Source: Polyangiales bacterium
GTDB lineage: Bacteria > Myxococcota_A > Polyangia > Polyangiales > Houyiibacteriaceae
Assembly (NCBI GenBank): GCA_045106895.1
Contig: JBGCFM010000055.1
Location: 1 to 49,366 of the forward strand
DNA: 49,366 nucleotides
Direction: 5' to 3'
Positions 10,108 through 18,811 of this stretch are shown here, one piece after another; positions within the stretch are counted from its first letter, which is position 1; every line of letters starts with the position of its first letter. Under the pieces are notes generated by a model. That model saw only the letters and a list, made by a program, of their open reading frames with translations, ran no database searches and was not told the origin of the DNA. The translations under genes were made by a program, and so were the position numbers.

Positions 10108-11889
10108 ATGCGGGCCGTGCACTTCTACTCCTTGAGCGCTCATGAGCAGAGCGAGTTCATCGCGGCTACGGACGCACGCTCGCCTCTCTTCATCACGGCG
10201 TTTCAAACACGGCTGAGCTCCGGGGTCAGTCGTCAGGTGTCGGCTCTATTGGCCGTGGGCGCCCTTGTGTCCCTCGCGGCATTGTTCGCGGCGCTTGCCT
10301 TTGGCTTCGCATCGTCGCGCAATTGGGGACAGGCGGACCTCGGCTTCCTCGCTCTCTATGGCGGGCTCTTCGGCGCGTTTGCCTTCGCCGCTCTTTCCTT
10401 GGCCAAGAGTCGAGCGCGCGGGCCGCTCCCTTACATCACGGGGACCTACGTCCTCACCGCGGATGTCGTCGTGGCGAAGCCCGATGGCACCCTGACGATC
10501 TTTCCCCTCGCGGAGTCAAAGGTAGATTTGCAGGAGGTGAAGTCGCGCGGCGAGCGCTTTAGCCATCTTACGCTCTCCTACGCCGACACGAAGATGCTCT
10601 TCGTCGAAGAAGACGCTGCCCTCGCTGCCGGCTACTTCGACCGAATCAAGACGCTTCGGAAGGCGCCGGAGACCAGCCTTTTTGGAGCAGGGGCACAGAC
10701 GACGCCGGAGCCCGCCGCGACTTTGGCGCTCGGCGCCCGTGGCATCGCGCTGGTTCTGGCAGCGGCCTTGCTCGCAGTGCCGACTTGGTATGCCCGTAAC
10801 TACTTCAGCGACGAAGCCCTTTTTGCGCACATTCAAGGAAGCTCAGACCTCCAGCTGATGCACCGCTACGCCGTCGAATCGAACTCGCCCCATGCTGCGG
10901 CGGCGCGTGAGCTGTGGATGGAGCGACAGTTCGAAGAAGCGGGTGACAGCTCGGCGTCGCTGGTGGCTCTCGCCCAAAGCTACCCAGAGTTCGCTCGGGG
11001 GAGTTGGAGTGAGCGGGTTCGTGAGCGACGCTTTGAGCTCGCTCAAGGGCACGGTCGGCATCCACTGATCGCGTTCACGGAGGCATACCCTGACCACGCT
11101 GCGGGTGCGGCGGCGCTCCAGGCGGTCCTCGTCGACTACACCCGCTCGGTCAACTCGATGTCGGCGCTACGCAGCTTTGTCGCCGCGTACCCCGAGGCCC
11201 CAGAGAGCGCAGATTTTCGTGCGCGCATCGCTCAGCGTTATCGTGAGGCGAGCGCCGCCGCCTCCGCCGCGCCGGAAGAGACACGTGCTCTCCTCGAGGC
11301 GCTTCTCGCATTTTCGCGAGAACACCAAGACTCCGAGTTACGGGTCCGCTTTTCGCCACCTCGGTACTATGAGACTACGCGCATCGACCGTCGGCATCGA
11401 AACGACAGGTACCCCAATCGTTATGAGCGACTCACTCCGCACATGAGCGCCGCTCGTTGCCGACATCGCGAGGAGTGGTTCGTCGAGGAGCTCAACCGGC
11501 GTATCAGCGTGCATTATCCCGGCGGCGTTCTCTTCGCGAGTTATGTCGAGCACCTCCCGCCGGGAGTGCCCACCCTCGACGTGAGTTATGCGATCGTTCC
11601 TTACGGGCTCGCGCAGGTGATCGATGACCATATCTTCGAGCGTGTTCACTTCGACTACGCGCTGACGTTCCGCGTCCCGGGTCATCCGCCTTACCGCCTG
11701 GAGTTTCGAACCAACGCCGCCGACGAATCGCCCGTGGAGTCCGACCACGACTACCCTCCACCTCGCTTCTACGACGAAGAAGCCCGAAGGGCGCTCCAGC
11801 AGCTGGGCCGGGTCGCCGTGGAGGGAATATTCGGGAAGGACTACTCCGAGGCCCGCGCGATCCCCCTCGAGGAGCCGGTTAAGGAATGA
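10108..11889 (+). CDS. Hypothetical membrane protein: 3 TM segments, helical 'L..F...YP[ED]' repeats, C-terminal globular region
   Basis: Long ORF with host-like codon use. Repeats LVALAQSYPE, LIAFTEAYPD, LRSFVAAYPE. Confidence 0.75.
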   Translation: MRAVHFYSLSAHEQSEFIAATDARSPLFITAFQTRLSSGVSRQVSALLAVGALVSLAALFAALAFGFASSRNWGQADLGFLALYGGLFGAFAFAALSLAKSRARGPLPYITGTYVLTADVVVAKPDGTLTIFPLAESKVDLQEVKSRGERFSHLTLSYADTKMLFVEEDAALAAGYFDRIKTLRKAPETSLFGAGAQTTPEPAATLALGARGIALVLAAALLAVPTWYARNYFSDEALFAHIQGSSDLQLMHRYAVESNSPHAAAARELWMERQFEEAGDSSASLVALAQSYPEFARGSWSERVRERRFELAQGHGRHPLIAFTEAYPDHAAGAAALQAVLVDYTRSVNSMSALRSFVAAYPEAPESADFRARIAQRYREASAAASAAPEETRALLEALLAFSREHQDSELRVRFSPPRYYETTRIDRRHRNDRYPNRYERLTPHMSAARCRHREEWFVEELNRRISVHYPGGVLFASYVEHLPPGVPTLDVSYAIVPYGLAQVIDDHIFERVHFDYALTFRVPGHPPYRLEFRTNAADESPVESDHDYPPPRFYDEEARRALQQLGRVAVEGIFGKDYSEARAIPLEEPVKE

Positions 11890-11951
11890 CGGGCCCTCGA
11901 TGAACGGACTATTTCACTCCGCCATTATTCTGCGCTACGTTGCACGTGCGT

Positions 11952-12785
11952 ATGTCTGACGCTGTCGATGCCATCCTCGAACACGGTCTCATCGCCGTGA
12001 TCGATTCTCCCATCGAGGACTGCCTCTTTGAATGGGCCATGGCCGTTTCGAAGGGCGGCATGGCTGTTCTTGGCGTCCCCGTCACGTTGTCGAACGTTAC
12101 GGAGGTCGTGAGCGACCTCGCGGATGAAGCAGGTCTCATCGTCGGTGTCTCCGACATTCGTATGCCGGAGCAGCTCAGCGTGGCCGTCGCCGCGGGCGCG
12201 GAGCTTGTGCTGAGCCCCGTCGCGGATTGGGCCATCATCGAACAGGCGAAGATGCGAGGCCTCTCCGTCATCGCCGGAGCGTTCACGCCCTCGGAAGTTC
12301 ACACGGCGTTTATGGCCGGAGCGGACCTTGTCTCGCTGCACCCGGCTGGCGTGTTGCCCGGCGGTGAGGCGTACTTTCGCAAGATCAAACAGAGCTTCCC
12401 GGATAAACGGCTCCTCGTCAGCGGCGGCATCGGCGTAGAGAACGCGCCGACCTTCTTGGAGCTCGATGCCTGCGCTGCCATCGTCGACACAGGCCTCTTC
12501 CCGGAGACCAACGACCCCGCAGCCATCGAGGTCATCACGATGCGCGCCGCTGCACTGACGGAGGTGTGCGCGGATGTTCGCGGCACACCGAAGCGCCTCT
12601 CGTTTACCGAATTGCGCGCCGTGAGCGAGTCCCCAAAGGCGCCCGAAGCGCCGGCGCCACCACCACCTCCTCAGAGCCCGCCACCGCAGAGCTTTCCCGA
12701 CGACATCTCGAGCGCGATCTCCGAAGCCATCGGTCTCGATGAGTTCGAACTCGACGCCGCCATCGAGATCGAGACTCCGGAGTAG
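11952..12785 (+). CDS. KDPG/KHG aldolase (Eda)-fold protein, apparently catalytically inactive, with a Pro-rich/acidic C-terminal tail
   Basis: Eda-like blocks AGAELVLSP, GAFTPSEV..A..AGAD and SGGIGVENA. Catalytic positions are substituted (see findings). Confidence 0.85.
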   Translation: MSDAVDAILEHGLIAVIDSPIEDCLFEWAMAVSKGGMAVLGVPVTLSNVTEVVSDLADEAGLIVGVSDIRMPEQLSVAVAAGAELVLSPVADWAIIEQAKMRGLSVIAGAFTPSEVHTAFMAGADLVSLHPAGVLPGGEAYFRKIKQSFPDKRLLVSGGIGVENAPTFLELDACAAIVDTGLFPETNDPAAIEVITMRAAALTEVCADVRGTPKRLSFTELRAVSESPKAPEAPAPPPPPQSPPPQSFPDDISSAISEAIGLDEFELDAAIEIETPE

Positions 12786-12870
12786 GGCCAACCCTTCGAC
12801 ACAGGCCGGATGGCGCCTCAAACCCTGATTGGCGATTGCCCATTTAGGCGAATCAGGAGAGGATGGCCTC

Positions 12871-13131
12871 ATGGAGAGGCAGTTCAGAGGCATCGTTGGA
12901 CGTACGTACGTGCTTCAGGGGGACCGCGTCCTCATTATGCAGAGCTACGAGGGTGATATCGAAGCTGGCGACGTTATCGAGGTTGAGCTTCCGGCTGGAA
13001 ACGCGTCGATCACCGTCAAGAAGGTCGCCTGGGGCTCTTCGTTCAACGCCCAGAGTCCGCCGCTGACGCTCATCGTCGAGCCCGTCGACGCTGCCATCGC
13101 GACGGGTTCGCGCATCCTCGCCCCGGAATAG
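12871..13131 (+). CDS. Small hypothetical beta-rich protein (86 aa)
   Basis: AGGAGAGG purine tract upstream of ATG 12871; GC3-biased codons. Confidence 0.7.
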   Translation: MERQFRGIVGRTYVLQGDRVLIMQSYEGDIEAGDVIEVELPAGNASITVKKVAWGSSFNAQSPPLTLIVEPVDAAIATGSRILAPE

Positions 13132-13176
13132 GCGGGCTAGAGGGCGCCGGCGTGGGGCGTCTGCCTCGACCTGGTG

Positions 13177-13203
13177 AAAACGCACGCGTGAAGTGTGCGT
13201 TTT
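13177..13203. terminator. Hairpin AAAACGCACGC-GTGAA-GTGTGCGTTTT, possible intrinsic terminator
   Basis: 11-bp stem with one G-U pair and A4/T4 flanks, downstream of the 12871-13131 gene. Confidence 0.45.
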
Positions 13204-13256
13204 GAGCGAACTTCGGGCACCCTGAGCCCACAAAACGCAGTCTTTGGAGGTTTCGT

Positions 13257-14276
13257 GTGCGTCTTTTAGCTTTCCTCACCTTGGTCCCTTTGTTCATTGC
13301 TTGTGGTGACGACGACCGCGTTCGGCGCGACACCGGCACCGGCACGACTGACGCCACGGGGGGCTTCGACGCCAACGGGCGCGACGCACCGTTCCCCGAC
13401 ATTCCCGACAACCGCGAGGACTCGTGCCAAAAGATGGACATCCTCTTCGTCATCGACGACTCGGGCTCCATGTCGGAAGAGCAGTCGAACCTCATCAGCA
13501 ACTTCCCGCTTTTCGTTGAGGTCCTCGACAATTACCGCACCGAGGCGGGCAACCCCCTCGACTACCGCCTTGGCGTCACCACGACGGGCCGAGACATCAC
13601 GACGGTCATCAGCTTCAACGTCCCCGGCGTTCCTTTCCCTCCAATGACCATCGCCGAGACAGGTCCAAACGGCGCACTCCTTCAGCCGAGCGAGTGCAGC
13701 ATGTCGCGTCGCTGGATCGAAAGCGCCGACGCCGATGTCGCAGGAACCTTCTCTTGCGTCGCCAACGTGGGCACCGGCGGTTCGTCGGTGGAGATGCCTC
13801 TGCTCATGACACAGCGCGCCCTCACGGACCGCGTCTCCGATGGAACGAACGCTGGCTTTATCCGCAATGATGCGCTCCTCGCCGTCATCATGCTCACGGA
13901 TGAGAACGACTGCTCCCGCCCCGAAGACCTCGTGGAGATCTCCCTCGACCTCGCCGGCGGTGCAGCTGGGGCGGCCGATGCTTGCGATCCGAACGGCGCC
14001 ACCATCATCCCAACAGCGCAGTTCCTCAGCGCCCTTGATAGCGTCAAGGGCGAGCGTGGCCGCTGGGCCGCCGCCGTCATCGCGGGCCCAGGACCAGGCT
14101 CTTGTAGCTCTTCCTTCGGCGACGCCGCGGAAGCTACGCGTCTGCGTGAGTTCGTCGACACCGCCGGCGACAACGTCGTCTTCTCTTCTATCTGCGATGG
14201 TGATCTCGCGGGCTCGCTCATGACAGCCCTCGACACCTTTGACGTCGCTTGTCAGAACTTCCCGCCGCTCATCTAG
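13257..14276 (+). CDS. vWA (MIDAS) domain lipoprotein, myxobacterial type
   Basis: GGAGG RBS and GTG start; lipobox FIAC; DILFVIDDSGSM (DxSxS MIDAS); LTDENDCS; SIC. Confidence 0.85.
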   Translation: MRLLAFLTLVPLFIACGDDDRVRRDTGTGTTDATGGFDANGRDAPFPDIPDNREDSCQKMDILFVIDDSGSMSEEQSNLISNFPLFVEVLDNYRTEAGNPLDYRLGVTTTGRDITTVISFNVPGVPFPPMTIAETGPNGALLQPSECSMSRRWIESADADVAGTFSCVANVGTGGSSVEMPLLMTQRALTDRVSDGTNAGFIRNDALLAVIMLTDENDCSRPEDLVEISLDLAGGAAGAADACDPNGATIIPTAQFLSALDSVKGERGRWAAAVIAGPGPGSCSSSFGDAAEATRLREFVDTAGDNVVFSSICDGDLAGSLMTALDTFDVACQNFPPLI

Positions 14277-14415
14277 TTGCCAGGCGTTCCTTGAAGAAGC
14301 GCTTCCTTCATTGTTTCTGAACCGCGGACCGACCACGACACGAGGAGGCGCATTACGCGCGCTCCTCGTCTTGTGTTTTCCGCTCGTGTCGGCATTTGGC
14401 GGCGAGGCGCCACCG

Positions 14416-15171
14416 ATGCTCAAGTCCATGCGCGGCCGTCTCGTCGCGCCACCTGAAGGGTCGCAGTACGTGCAAGTTCGAGAACACGAAATCTTCGGCA
14501 TCCGCGTCACCGAGGTCGTCCTAGGTCCAGCGGAGATCGACGACACGCTGCCGATGCTCGTCCACTTTCACGGCCGCGGCGACCGCCCCCATCTCCCTCA
14601 AGGTGATCACGGCGGGACCCCGGCTACGCGCCTGCTCTTTCCTTGGGCGCCGGATACCCTTGGCGATGGCTATACCTGGTTTCCTCTGAGCGTGACGGAG
14701 CGAGACAAGCCCGAGAAGGTCCTCGGTCACTTCATCCGTGAGCGCTCGACGCAGGTCGCGAAGGTGTTGCGGGTGATGGCCGAGGAGCGACCCACCGAAG
14801 GTCAGCCTTTTGTCACCGGGTTCTCCCAGGGGGGCATGATGGCCTTCGCGCTGGCGCTTCTTCAACCTCATCATATCGATGGCGCCGTGCCGGTTGCCGG
14901 GTGGCTCCCGAACTTCCTGGTGGAAGAAGCCTTCGCCGAATCTGATACGTTCCCACCGATTCGGGCGATGCATGGGAGCGGCGACCCCATCGTGCCTCTC
15001 GCGCCCACCGAAGAGCTCGTCGCAGAGCTCCAGCGCCGCCAGGTGGATATCGAGCTTGAGGTGTTCCAGTGGGACAAACACTCGATGACGGATGAAATGC
15101 ACACGCGGCACCGCACGCTGATTCTCGCGCTCATCGATGCGATGCGAGCCCGGCGTAGGCCCCAGGTTTGA
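14416..15171 (+). CDS. Phospholipase/carboxylesterase-family alpha/beta hydrolase
   Basis: FHGRG, GFSQGG nucleophile elbow, HGSGDPIVP, terminal His in KHS. Start uncertain: the frame is open from 14239 and a possible signal sequence lies upstream of 14416. Confidence 0.88.
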   Translation: MLKSMRGRLVAPPEGSQYVQVREHEIFGIRVTEVVLGPAEIDDTLPMLVHFHGRGDRPHLPQGDHGGTPATRLLFPWAPDTLGDGYTWFPLSVTERDKPEKVLGHFIRERSTQVAKVLRVMAEERPTEGQPFVTGFSQGGMMAFALALLQPHHIDGAVPVAGWLPNFLVEEAFAESDTFPPIRAMHGSGDPIVPLAPTEELVAELQRRQVDIELEVFQWDKHSMTDEMHTRHRTLILALIDAMRARRRPQV

Positions 15172-15221
15172 GCTCGCGACACGCTCTTGCGTCTAGGCCG
15201 CAAACGCCGCACCCTTAGAGG

Positions 15222-15605
15222 GTGCGTTTTCCTCGCATCCTGACCGGCGTCCTCCTGCTCCTCGCTTCCGCAAGCGTGGCTCAAGCGGCGGACTACGCGC
15301 GTCAGGTTCATGCGTGTCGCTTTCTGCGCATGACCGCTGCCGAGCGACCCGAGTGCTGCGACCTCGCTCTCAAAGACCGTTTCACACGGCCGGGCGGTGA
15401 CTGCTGCAAGTCGTTTACCTGGGAGGCGAGCGAGCCCGCCGCCGACGTCGCTCACGGTCACGACGTCCCGGTGGCGTTCGTCACGCCGCGCGTCGCGTGG
15501 GTGGCCCCCCGGCCCGTTTGGACTTCTCTCGAAGCGCCGAATCCTTTCGCGCGCGGGCCGCCCCCGCTGCCCATCGTCACCAAGACCATCGTCCTTCGTA
15601 TCTGA
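15222..15605 (+). CDS. Exported Cys/His-rich leader protein with C-terminal RGPP motif (DUF2946/CruR-like candidate arrest peptide)
   Basis: Signal peptide ending AQA; HAC, ECC, DCC and HGH motifs; ARGPPP 13-18 aa from the C-terminus; directly upstream of the cusCBA-like genes. Confidence 0.75.
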   Translation: MRFPRILTGVLLLLASASVAQAADYARQVHACRFLRMTAAERPECCDLALKDRFTRPGGDCCKSFTWEASEPAADVAHGHDVPVAFVTPRVAWVAPRPVWTSLEAPNPFARGPPPLPIVTKTIVLRI

Positions 15606-15612
15606 AGAAGAG

Positions 15613-15653
15613 CGCGTCTCCGCACCTCGAAGCCTTCGCTTCGTGGAGACGCG
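15613..15653 (+). promoter_or_regulatory. Strong stem-loop between the RGPP ORF and the efflux operon
   Basis: CGCGTCTCC (15613-15621) pairs with GGAGACGCG (15645-15653), enclosing CGAAGC-CTTC-GCTTCG. Confidence 0.55.
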
Positions 15654-15695
15654 TCTGTGCGCCCGTGCGTTCTGTCTTCGATACGAAAGATCTCC

Positions 15696-17069
15696 ATGCA
15701 AGCGTCTCGCTTTCTTCTTCTCCTTCTCACCGCCTGTGCTTCCTCTACGTACCTCCGTGCGCCCGCTTCTTATGGCGATGCGGCGACGAATGAGGACGCG
15801 GCTTTTTATGCGAGCGATCCGGACAACCCGGGGAGCATCGATGACTACGTCGCCGTCGCCGCGCAGAATGACCCCGCTCTCCGCGCGGCCCACGCGCGTT
15901 GGCAAGCGGCGTATTCACGCGCGCAGGCTTCAGCTCCGTGGCCACGCCCAGTGGTCAGCTATGGCGTCTTCCTTCGTCCGGTGGAGACACGCGTTGGGCC
16001 CCAGCGTCAGCGAGTCGGCGTCCGCGTTCCCATCGCGTGGGGTTCGCAGCGCCGTGCCGAACGAGACGCCGGCGCATGGGTGGCGTCGCGGGCAGGGCGG
16101 ATGTTTCGCGCGCGACTCCTCGAGCTGCGTGCAAACCTAGCGGCGCTCTATTGGTCGCTCTGGCGCCTTGACCGGGACATTGAAGACGCGACGCGCGAAG
16201 AAGAGCTGGTCCGCGGTCTCGAAGACGCGTCGCGCATTCGCCTTGAGTCGAACCAAGGGAGTCTGAGCCAGCTTCAGCAGATGGGTCTGCGGCGCGCCCT
16301 CGCCGAAGACCGAAAACGTTCTCTGGAAGCTGAGCGACTGCGCGTTCACGCACGCTTTGCGGCGCAGCTCGACTGGTCCCCGGAGCGCGAGATTCGCATC
16401 GCCGCGGAGCCGCCGAGCCCATCCTCGCTCCCGGAGCGCGACGAGCTCCTCGCCCATGCGGCAAGCCACCCGCTCCTCGGTGCCCGGGAAGACCGCGCTC
16501 GCGCTCACGAAGCGCGCGCCCGCGCCTATGGAGCGAGGCGACTTCCGGGGCTCAGTCTGAGCGTCGACTTCATCGACGTCGCGCCGGCGGATAACTCCGA
16601 CGTCGCCGGGAGCGGCAACAACGCGCTCTCCGCGGGACTTGCCATCAGCGTGCCTGTGGACGGGCAGGTGTTTCGCCGCCGCGCCGATGCGGAGCGCTCG
16701 GAAGCCGCCGCGGAGCGCGCGGATGCCGAAGGGCTTATTCGCGTGCAGCGCGCGGACATCGACGCTCTACTGGCGACAATCTCCGACGCCGCGCGGCGAG
16801 GCGCGCTTTACCAGAACGCTCTGCTGCCCCAGGCGGAGGCGGCTTTTGAGTCAACGTTGGCGCGTTACGTGAGCGCCGGCAATTTGGGCGAAGTCTTCGT
16901 CGCCTTGGACACGCTCTTCGAGGTGAGGAGCCGAGTGCATCGAACGCTCGCCGAGTACGCTCTCGCGCGCAACGAGCTCGAACGCGTCACCGGCGTTCCA
17001 TTGGAAACCGGCGTTCCATTGGAAACAGCCGAACAAGAGTCGGTAAACGCAGAGCGAGGTGAACCATGA
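15696..17069 (+). CDS. TolC-family outer-membrane efflux lipoprotein (CusC-like role)
   Basis: Lipobox LTAC; NDPALRAA, VETRVGPQ, long helical repeats, LLPQAE..FE.....Y; first gene of an RND triplet. Confidence 0.9.
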   Translation: MQASRFLLLLLTACASSTYLRAPASYGDAATNEDAAFYASDPDNPGSIDDYVAVAAQNDPALRAAHARWQAAYSRAQASAPWPRPVVSYGVFLRPVETRVGPQRQRVGVRVPIAWGSQRRAERDAGAWVASRAGRMFRARLLELRANLAALYWSLWRLDRDIEDATREEELVRGLEDASRIRLESNQGSLSQLQQMGLRRALAEDRKRSLEAERLRVHARFAAQLDWSPEREIRIAAEPPSPSSLPERDELLAHAASHPLLGAREDRARAHEARARAYGARRLPGLSLSVDFIDVAPADNSDVAGSGNNALSAGLAISVPVDGQVFRRRADAERSEAAAERADAEGLIRVQRADIDALLATISDAARRGALYQNALLPQAEAAFESTLARYVSAGNLGEVFVALDTLFEVRSRVHRTLAEYALARNELERVTGVPLETGVPLETAEQESVNAERGEP

Positions 17070-18811
17070 GTGCGTCATTCCGGCTGTTACGAGCGCTCTT
17101 CTTTGTCGCCGCATGCATCTTCATCGCCGGCTGCGAAGAGCGCGTCCCCGAGTCGTCCACGGAGTCGGCGGACGAGGTTTACACGTGCGCGATGCACCCA
17201 GAGATTCGGGAGCACACGCCGGGGGACTGTCCGATCTGCGGCATGGCTTTGGTCGAGCTTCGCGCTGGCAGCGAGAGCACCGAAGGCGAAGGCCCGAACT
17301 CCGTGCACCTCAGCGAGCGCGCCCAGGCCCAGGCCCAGGTGCGAACGGCGCGCGTCACGCAGCAACAGAGCGCCCCGAGCGCGCGTTCGTACACCGGGCG
17401 TATCAGCGCCGACGAGAGCCGCGAGCATGTGCTGACGAGCTGGGTCGGGGGCCGACTCGAGCGCCTCTTGGTTCGCACCGAAGGCACTGAAGTCCGCCGA
17501 GGCCAGTCCCTCGCGCGGGTCTACAGCCCCGAAGTCTACGCCGCCGCCGGGGAACTCCGCGTCGCCCTCCGCCAGCAAGAGCGCTTGAGCGGCCAGGACC
17601 CGGTCTTCGTTCGCAGTGCCGAACAGAACGTCGAAGCGGCGCGTCAGCGCCTGCGCTTGCTCGGCATTCGCGGCGCTGCCCTCACGCGCCTCGAGGCGAA
17701 CGCCGTTCGTAGTGTGAGCATTCACGCCGCCTACTCTGGCACCGTCGTCGAACGACTCGCCGAAGAGGGACAGCAGCTCGAAGTCGGTTCGCCGCTTTTG
17801 CGCATCGTCGACCTCACGAGCGTCTGGGCCCTCGTCGAGCTGCCGGAAGCCGAGGCCGCCGGCGTTCGCCCGGGCCAAAGGGTGCGCATCTTCATCGATG
17901 GCGAGCCCCGCATCCTCGAAGGAGAGGTCGACTTCGTCGAACGAACGCTACGCACGCGTGGCCGCGTCGATGTGCGTGTGGTCTTGCCTAATGAAGACGG
18001 CTCGCTTCGCCCTGGGATGACCTTGCGCGCAGAGCTGCAGAGCGGAGGCGATGACGCGCCGCGGCTGACGATTCCAGTGAGCGCCCCGCTCTTCACCGGC
18101 GAAACTTCCGTTGTGTACGTCGCGTCCCCGAGCGAAGGAGGCCGGCGTTTTTCAATGCGTGAGGTGACCTTGGGCCCGCGTCTGGGTGGCGCCCTCGACG
18201 GCGAGTATGTGGTGCTCACGGGCCTCGATGCTGGGGAGGAGATCGCGGTGCATGGCGCGTTCATGATCGACGCCGAACTCAGTTTGCGCGGAGGCGCGGG
18301 CATGATGGGTGAACGTTTGCCTGTCGCCCCGAGCTTCACGGACGCGTCGTTGAACGCAACACTTGGACCCGTGTTCTCTTCGTTCCTTGATCTGAGCGAA
18401 GCCCTCGCCGCCGACGACACCGGCGCCGCCACGCTCGCGGGTGACGCGTTTTACCAAGCCCTTGAAGGCGTTGAGACGTCCATGGAAGCCGGAGACCGGC
18501 TCTGGCGCCAACACGAAGCAGACCTCCGGGAGTCGGCGATGGCGGCGATGGCGGCGGGAGACCTCGCAGCGTGGCGCAGGCAATTGCCCAGCCTCGAAGC
18601 GCACATGAGCGCGCTCCTTCGCGTCGTCCCGAACCCGACGGATGCTCCGATTCGCCGCGCCCACTGCCCCATGGCGGAAGGCGACGAAGGCCAAGACGGC
18701 GCCTACTGGCTCCAGCGTGAAGAGTCGATTCAAAACGCCTACTTCGGTGCGTCGATGCTGCGTTGCGGAAGCATCGAGGCCACGACGCTTCCAGGTGCAC
18801 GCGCCGAATGA
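17066..18811 (+). CDS. cusB: CusB-family RND periplasmic adaptor with N-terminal heavy-metal-binding domain and C-terminal DUF3347-like domain
   Basis: YTCAMHPEI...PGDCPICGMALV; YSPE; LRPGM; C-terminal HCPMA...YWLQ....IQNAYFGASMLRCG. Confidence 0.9.
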   Translation: MSASFRLLRALFFVAACIFIAGCEERVPESSTESADEVYTCAMHPEIREHTPGDCPICGMALVELRAGSESTEGEGPNSVHLSERAQAQAQVRTARVTQQQSAPSARSYTGRISADESREHVLTSWVGGRLERLLVRTEGTEVRRGQSLARVYSPEVYAAAGELRVALRQQERLSGQDPVFVRSAEQNVEAARQRLRLLGIRGAALTRLEANAVRSVSIHAAYSGTVVERLAEEGQQLEVGSPLLRIVDLTSVWALVELPEAEAAGVRPGQRVRIFIDGEPRILEGEVDFVERTLRTRGRVDVRVVLPNEDGSLRPGMTLRAELQSGGDDAPRLTIPVSAPLFTGETSVVYVASPSEGGRRFSMREVTLGPRLGGALDGEYVVLTGLDAGEEIAVHGAFMIDAELSLRGGAGMMGERLPVAPSFTDASLNATLGPVFSSFLDLSEALAADDTGAATLAGDAFYQALEGVETSMEAGDRLWRQHEADLRESAMAAMAAGDLAAWRRQLPSLEAHMSALLRVVPNPTDAPIRRAHCPMAEGDEGQDGAYWLQREESIQNAYFGASMLRCGSIEATTLPGARAE

